Positions 58,952-62,785 of a stretch of DNA of 62,785 nt are shown here, piece by piece (the stretch's first letter is position 1; each line of letters starts with the position of its first letter). A model generated the notes under the pieces. That model made no database searches and was not told the DNA's origin. It was given only the letters and a program-made list of their open reading frames with translations. This stretch comes from Patescibacteria group bacterium. Its GTDB lineage: Bacteria > Patescibacteriota > Patescibacteriia > Patescibacteriales > UBA12465. The stretch lies in assembly GCA_034002925.1 (NCBI GenBank), contig JAVEZP010000005.1:1-62785 (forward strand). The letters run 5' to 3'. A program made the translations under genes and the position numbers.

Positions 58952-59048
58952 ACTCTTTTTAAAAGATCAAAATATTACCACTCGATAACCTTTGCTGCTT
59001 TTGGATTCGGTGGTAGGAGGGGGCGCTTATTAGCACCCCTCTTTTTTT
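58952..59048 (+). ncRNA. candidate small non-coding RNA (~95 nt)
   Basis: Own promoter, TACCAC/GTGGTA stem, GC-rich terminator with T7 tail, no ATG. Confidence 0.5.
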
Positions 59049-59050
59049 AT

Positions 59051-59081
59051 AAAAAAACTTTCTTAATAATTTAAGAAAGTT
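59051..59081 (-). terminator. terminator of the tRNA pair
   Basis: AACTTTCTTAA/TTAAGAAAGTT with a T-run on the minus strand. Confidence 0.6.
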
Positions 59082-59086
59082 AAAAG

Positions 59087-59160
59087 TGGTCGTTAGTGGA
59101 CTCGAACCACTGACCTCTGCGATGTGAACGCAGCGCTCTAACCAGCTGAGCTAAACGACC
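59087..59160 (-). tRNA. tRNA-Val(CAC)
   Basis: Cloverleaf GGTCGTT...CTGCG-TT-CAC-AT-CGCAG...GGTTCGAGTCC...AACGACCA; CCA not encoded. Confidence 0.95.
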
Positions 59161-59171
59161 TTAAATATTAG

Positions 59172-59255
59172 TGCCCGAAGGGGGACTCGAACCCCCACCT
59201 CTTTGCAGAGACTAGCACCTGAAGCTAGCGCGTCTACCAATTCCGCCATTCGGGC
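59172..59255 (-). tRNA. tRNA-Leu(CAG)
   Basis: GCCCGAA TGGCGGAATTGGTAGACGC, CTAGC-TT-CAG-GT-GCTAG, long variable arm; CCA not encoded. Confidence 0.95.
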
Positions 59256-59303
59256 TAAGACTCTATAAAATGAAGATTAGCGCAAGATATAAAATTTGTA
59301 AAT

Positions 59304-59329
59304 AAAAACCCGCTTAGTTTGGCGGGTTT
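59304..59329 (-). terminator. terminator
   Basis: AAACCCGC/GCGGGTTT. Confidence 0.7.
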
Positions 59330-59336
59330 ATTAATA

Positions 59337-59846
59337 TCAATCAAAATATAGAAGCGCTTCTTTTAAAACGCTAATAAATTTCTTTTGATATTTCTCGTAT
59401 ACAGGGCCAGGATAAACATCATCAGCCGTATAATACAGTTGCGCGTTCCCTGCTTCATCCCAGCTACCATTGAGCAATACATCAGAAAAAAAAGCTTCTT
59501 CTTTTAAATTCTCAGAGTTAAGGACACGAATTTGCAAAAAAGACTCATTAATTAAAGATGCCTCCTGACTCCTGTCGCTACAAGCATGGCAATAATAAGT
59601 CTTGCCTCGGTGCTTAAATGTCGCCCTTACTGTTCTGATATAAGGAGCGTAGGCATCAAAATCTCGCTCCACAAATTCTTTATCAGAATTTAATAAATGT
59701 GCGACCAGTTGACGGGAAAGCTTGACACCTTCAAGATCATTACGCCCAGCGGCCAAAAAAACATTTACTCCGACATTCATCATTTCCTGAGCCGATACTA
59801 AGAAGCTACAAGACAATAACAATAACATTAACACTGTTTTTTTCAT
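59337..59846 (-). CDS. secreted hypothetical protein
   Basis: Signal peptide MKKTVLMLLLLSCSFLVSA. Confidence 0.65.
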   Translation of the reverse strand: MKKTVLMLLLLSCSFLVSAQEMMNVGVNVFLAAGRNDLEGVKLSRQLVAHLLNSDKEFVERDFDAYAPYIRTVRATFKHRGKTYYCHACSDRSQEASLINESFLQIRVLNSENLKEEAFFSDVLLNGSWDEAGNAQLYYTADDVYPGPVYEKYQKKFISVLKEALLYFD

Positions 59847-59963
59847 GATTTCTGCTTTTTTATTTTTAATTTGTGAAAAGTACTAATCAAAGATTATTAT
59901 CACATTTAATATTATTTGTCAATACAATACATTTTAGACAATAATAATGCTACAATAAAATAT

Positions 59964-60629
59964 ATGTTAGATCTCAATTTAGAAAATCAATTATTCAAAC
60001 AGGGCTTTCCTTATGTTGCTGGCGTGGACGAAGCCGGCAGAGGTCCTTTAGCTGGTCCCGTGGTCGCCGCCTGTGTTATTATTGATCAAAATTTTAAAAT
60101 TGACACTGAAGATTTAGCCATGATTACTGACTCAAAAAAATTAAGTGCTAAAAAAAGAGAAAAGCTTTTTGCAATTATTAAAGATAAAACATTGGCGGTG
60201 GAAATCGGTGTAATTAATAACAATATAATTGATAAAATTAATATTTTACAAGCTTCTTTTTTAGCCATGCGCCAAGCCATTGATAAAATTAAAATAAAAC
60301 CAGATTACGTCTTAGTGGACGGCAATCAAGTAATTCCTCAACTAAAAATAAAACAAACAGCCATTATTGATGGTGACGCTAAAATCTTTGTCATCGCCGC
60401 TGCCTCTATTATTGCTAAAGTCGCTCGAGATTGGATTATGCACACAATGAATGATAAATATCCCAATTATGGCTTTAGTCAGCATAAAGGCTATGGCACT
60501 AAAATGCATTTAGAAAAAATAAAAGGATTGGGCCCCTGCCCTATACATAGACTAAGCTTTGCTCCCTTTAGTAAGAAAATAGAAAAGAAGTTAATAAAAA
60601 AGCGTCTTCTAAGAGAAAACGCTTCATAG
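59964..60629 (+). CDS. rnhB: ribonuclease HII (start revised)
   Basis: GVDEAGRGPLAGPV, DSKKL, VDGN, AASIIAKV.RD. Confidence 0.96.
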   Translation: MLDLNLENQLFKQGFPYVAGVDEAGRGPLAGPVVAACVIIDQNFKIDTEDLAMITDSKKLSAKKREKLFAIIKDKTLAVEIGVINNNIIDKINILQASFLAMRQAIDKIKIKPDYVLVDGNQVIPQLKIKQTAIIDGDAKIFVIAAASIIAKVARDWIMHTMNDKYPNYGFSQHKGYGTKMHLEKIKGLGPCPIHRLSFAPFSKKIEKKLIKKRLLRENAS

Positions 60630-60654
60630 ACACATTTTGTGTACAAGTTATTCA

Positions 60655-61317
60655 TTAATCTAGCAAATACTTTGCCTGAAAGACATCGCGCACATTTTTA
60701 AATATATAAGGTAACTTAACCCCAGCCCGTACAAACTCAGCTGTGCTATGTAGACCACTTAGAATCGCTACAAATTCAATGGCAGGCTGATGATTTTTAG
60801 CAGCCGCCAAATCATGTTCGATGCTGTCGCCAATAAAAATAGTCTTTTCCGGTCTAAAGCCGGCTCCATTCCAAAAATGATTAAATACTGCTGGATCTGG
60901 TTTGCCGGTTCCTAATTCAGGGGTGTGAATGTGAGTGAAGATATTAATATCTATACCCTGCTCCTTAAGGCGATACTCTAAACTAGCGCGATCACGATTG
61001 GTGGCAATCCCTAGTTTACAAATATTCGATAACCTCTTTAAATCATCGGATAGGCCTAGTTGAACAGGATATTTTTGAGCACAACTTATTTGGTAGAAAT
61101 GCTCAATCACTTCCCTGTCTTTTTTAAGAGGCCAATTCAATTCTTCCGCCAGTATTGGAATTAAAGAATGTTCAAAATTATGACCCCATAAATCTTGAAC
61201 CATTCTAAAAGTAGGGCGTTTTACACCAGCTACTTGAGCCGCTTTAATAAGCGAGTTAATGCCCACAGGAATTGAATCCACCAAGGGTCCGTCAAAATCA
61301 AAAATTAAATCTTTCAT
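60655..61317 (-). CDS. HAD family hydrolase
   Basis: IFDFDGPLVDS, KPDP, IGDS..HD. Confidence 0.88.
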   Translation of the reverse strand: MKDLIFDFDGPLVDSIPVGINSLIKAAQVAGVKRPTFRMVQDLWGHNFEHSLIPILAEELNWPLKKDREVIEHFYQISCAQKYPVQLGLSDDLKRLSNICKLGIATNRDRASLEYRLKEQGIDINIFTHIHTPELGTGKPDPAVFNHFWNGAGFRPEKTIFIGDSIEHDLAAAKNHQPAIEFVAILSGLHSTAEFVRAGVKLPYIFKNVRDVFQAKYLLD

Positions 61318-61346
61318 CTGCTTTGTATTTGATTGTAAATAACAAA

Positions 61347-61371
61347 AAGATTAACGATTTTCGTTAATCTT
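61347..61371. other. hairpin upstream of the HAD gene
   Basis: 11-bp perfect inverted repeat AAGATTAACGA/TCGTTAATCTT. Confidence 0.55.
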
Positions 61372-61478
61372 CTTTATTTAAACACACCAGTTTTTATTTG
61401 TCAAAATCCATATTCTAAGCAGTGCCCATAAAGATATTTCTATAAAACAATTAATCGTGAAAATAGCATTTTTTAATT

Positions 61479-61505
61479 AAAAAAGTAGACATTTCTGTCT
61501 ACTTT
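61479..61505 (-). terminator. terminator of the 133-aa gene
   Basis: AAAGTAGACA-GAAA-TGTCTACTTT with a T-run on the minus strand. Confidence 0.7.
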
Positions 61506-61513
61506 AAGAAGTA

Positions 61514-61915
61514 TTAGAACTCTGGAATTATTAATTTTGGATAATAACTCTTAGCCCAAACACTTCTTGTGCATACACCATATATCTGAGATACGGGCGT
61601 AGTATTTCCATTCGGGTAAACAAATGAATAACCCACCCTAATCCTAAGATATTGAATTTTTTGACGGGAAATATTGTATTCTTTACTTCCCCAGCCTTTC
61701 TTTTTTATCATGAAGTAAACTTCAGATGAAAATGAATCCGGCTTTTCATAGATCTTATACAGAGCCCCCGACTCTGTTTTGAAGACAAGCATGCTAAAGG
61801 CATCTTTTCCCAGCATGCCCGGACTAGCTAAGTCTTTTAAATCTAACTCTTGCAGCTCTCTCGCTACATAATAACCATAACCTTGTTTTGCGGTTACATT
61901 ATATATTTTTTCCAT
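61514..61915 (-). CDS. hypothetical protein downstream of the hammerhead and hairpins
   Basis: ORF with an AAGGA upstream of ATG and its own terminator. Confidence 0.7.
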   Translation of the reverse strand: MEKIYNVTAKQGYGYYVARELQELDLKDLASPGMLGKDAFSMLVFKTESGALYKIYEKPDSFSSEVYFMIKKKGWGSKEYNISRQKIQYLRIRVGYSFVYPNGNTTPVSQIYGVCTRSVWAKSYYPKLIIPEF

Positions 61916-61928
61916 GATCCTTTATTTT

Positions 61929-61998
61929 AGTTAAAAATTGAATTAGTTATTAAATCTACTAATTGTTTAATAAACTTAATAACTAACCCAATTTAACT
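61929..61998 (-). ncRNA. long RNA hairpin (28 contiguous bp with 5 G-U, plus 4 bp)
   Basis: 61935-61962 pairs with 61967-61994; the non-Watson-Crick positions are G-U only on the minus strand. Confidence 0.7.
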
Positions 61999-62058
61999 TT
62001 CTTGGCAATGAACTAATAGAATACTTAATTATATTAAATATTTTTTATTAACATCTCT

Positions 62059-62162
62059 ATAAACCCCCTAAAACCCATAGAGCTTAGTGAAGAATAAATC
62101 ATTTTAAGGAGAGAGTAATTAAAATAATTTATTCTTTGCTCTACGGATTTTAAAGGGCTTAT
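62059..62162 (-). ncRNA. long rod hairpin (25 bp + 18 bp)
   Basis: 62138-62162/62059-62083 and 62119-62136/62090-62107; 6 G-U pairs, all on the minus strand. Confidence 0.75.
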
Positions 62163-62164
62163 TT

Positions 62165-62215
62165 TCTTTTTCGTCCTTTTGGACTCATCAGGTGGAGCAC
62201 ACACTCCACGAAAGA
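62165..62215 (-). ncRNA. type III hammerhead ribozyme
   Basis: UCUUUC^GUGGAG-UGUGUG-CUCCAC-CUGAUGA-GUCC-AAAA-GGAC-GAA-AAAGA: complete core and stems I-III. Confidence 0.9.
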
Positions 62216-62415
62216 GAGAAGTTTTTAAACCATAGGATAACTTCTCGAACCAATGTAAGATTTTGCTTAGGTTCTTACAACCAGAAGGCTCTGCTTCCTT
62301 TTGGCTCACCACGTTGCAGGTGACGCAATCAGGTTGTTTTGGAAAGCTCAACCAAACTTAAGGATCTTTTAGTGAATTTCTCTTCACCTTAATCGGGGAT
62401 CAGCCGATGAAATTC

Positions 62416-62784
62416 CTAGTGTTTAGAAAACCTCTTAACGAGGTCTTCTATTTGATAATCTGCCACTTCGGATGGTGAAACTCTTTTCCACCAATCCCCA
62501 TAACAGATCCCCATAGGAATTTGAAATTTTTTTATTACCTCTGCTGCTGACTTTCTGTCAGCAGTTTTTTTTAGGATAATTTTCCACACTTTTGCGTGCT
62601 GGTTTCTCCAGCATTCCGTTTGATAGTAATCTACCACGATAAGGACTTCCTTATCGTAGTACATTATCTCCTTCCCGGCATAAATTTTGTTTTCAAGGTC
62701 TCCCTCGCCCACTCCCTGGGCACGGAGTTGATCGCCGATACCATCGAAGCTATCCACTTCGACGACAACTGAGTGAGAGATTTT
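62416..62784 (-). CDS. hypothetical protein, 5' end truncated by the window edge
   Basis: Frame stays open upstream of the GTG at 62757 to the window end. Confidence 0.6.
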   Translation of the reverse strand, partial: KISHSVVVEVDSFDGIGDQLRAQGVGEGDLENKIYAGKEIMYYDKEVLIVVDYYQTECWRNQHAKVWKIILKKTADRKSAAEVIKKFQIPMGICYGDWWKRVSPSEVADYQIEDLVKRFSKH

Positions 62785-62785
62785 T

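Noticed and set aside
59010..59026. GGAGGGGGCG resembles a twister ribozyme 3' end
   Set aside because: No matching 5' strand or core; it is explained as a terminator arm
7069..60280. Short antisense or overlapping ORFs in the track (e.g. 7069, 7942, 9245, 10425, 10900, 11783, 20759, 21344, 21947, 22714, 25989, 26496, 27010, 28528, 34105, 39760, 51714, 56689, 60086)
   Set aside because: Shadows of well-supported genes with no motifs of their own
62300..62345. Resemblance to c-di-GMP-I (GACGCAA), HDV-like (ACC..CGTGGT) or pistol (ATCAGGT) motifs
   Set aside because: The other required helices and conserved nucleotides could not be assembled
62034..62351. 105-aa ORF in the track
   Set aside because: TTG start, no recognisable motif, and it overlaps the hammerhead and long helices completely; RNA structure explains the region better
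59087..62785. Prophage or island integrated at the tRNAs
   Set aside because: No integrase or att duplication seen, the accessory genes lie on the tRNA 5' side, and core rnhB is interspersed
1..62785. CRISPR array, rRNA, IS elements, alternative genetic code
   Set aside because: No spaced repeats, rRNA or transposase seen; TGA acts as a stop (e.g. tsf, rsmH) and genes are intact under code 11

Overview
AT-rich bacterial chromosome segment, most likely a CPR/Patescibacteria (Parcubacteria-like) genome. That assignment is inferred from the compact gene packing, general lack of Shine-Dalgarno motifs, shortened Pyk/TsaB/MurF and typical CPR hypothetical families. Most genes lie on the minus strand. 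Core content: translation (serS, metG, cysS, rpsB-tsf, secE-nusG-rplK-rplA, rpmA, tgt, rlmN, rsmI, rsmH, cca, tsaB/C, tRNA-Leu(CAG), tRNA-Val(CAC)), replication (dnaX, rnhB), a partial dcw cluster (mraZ-rsmH-ftsL-ftsI-murF) with ftsQ and alr elsewhere, lower glycolysis (gap, eno, pyk), surface-glycan genes, and several secreted or membrane proteins. The ORF track misses a 56-aa ferredoxin and a 46-aa membrane peptide. The main discovery is in the accessory region at the right end: about 500 nt of densely structured minus-strand RNA (61929-62408). It holds a canonical type III hammerhead ribozyme (62165-62215) followed by two long G-U-rich hairpins that lead to an uncharacterised 133-aa gene. 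Other candidates: a stand-alone ~95-nt small RNA with its own promoter and terminator (58952-59048), a structured leader on an RRM gene, S2 and L1 autoregulatory leaders, MraZ and DnaA boxes at the dcw promoter, a Tgt without its zinc ligands, and a dif-like half site at the left edge.
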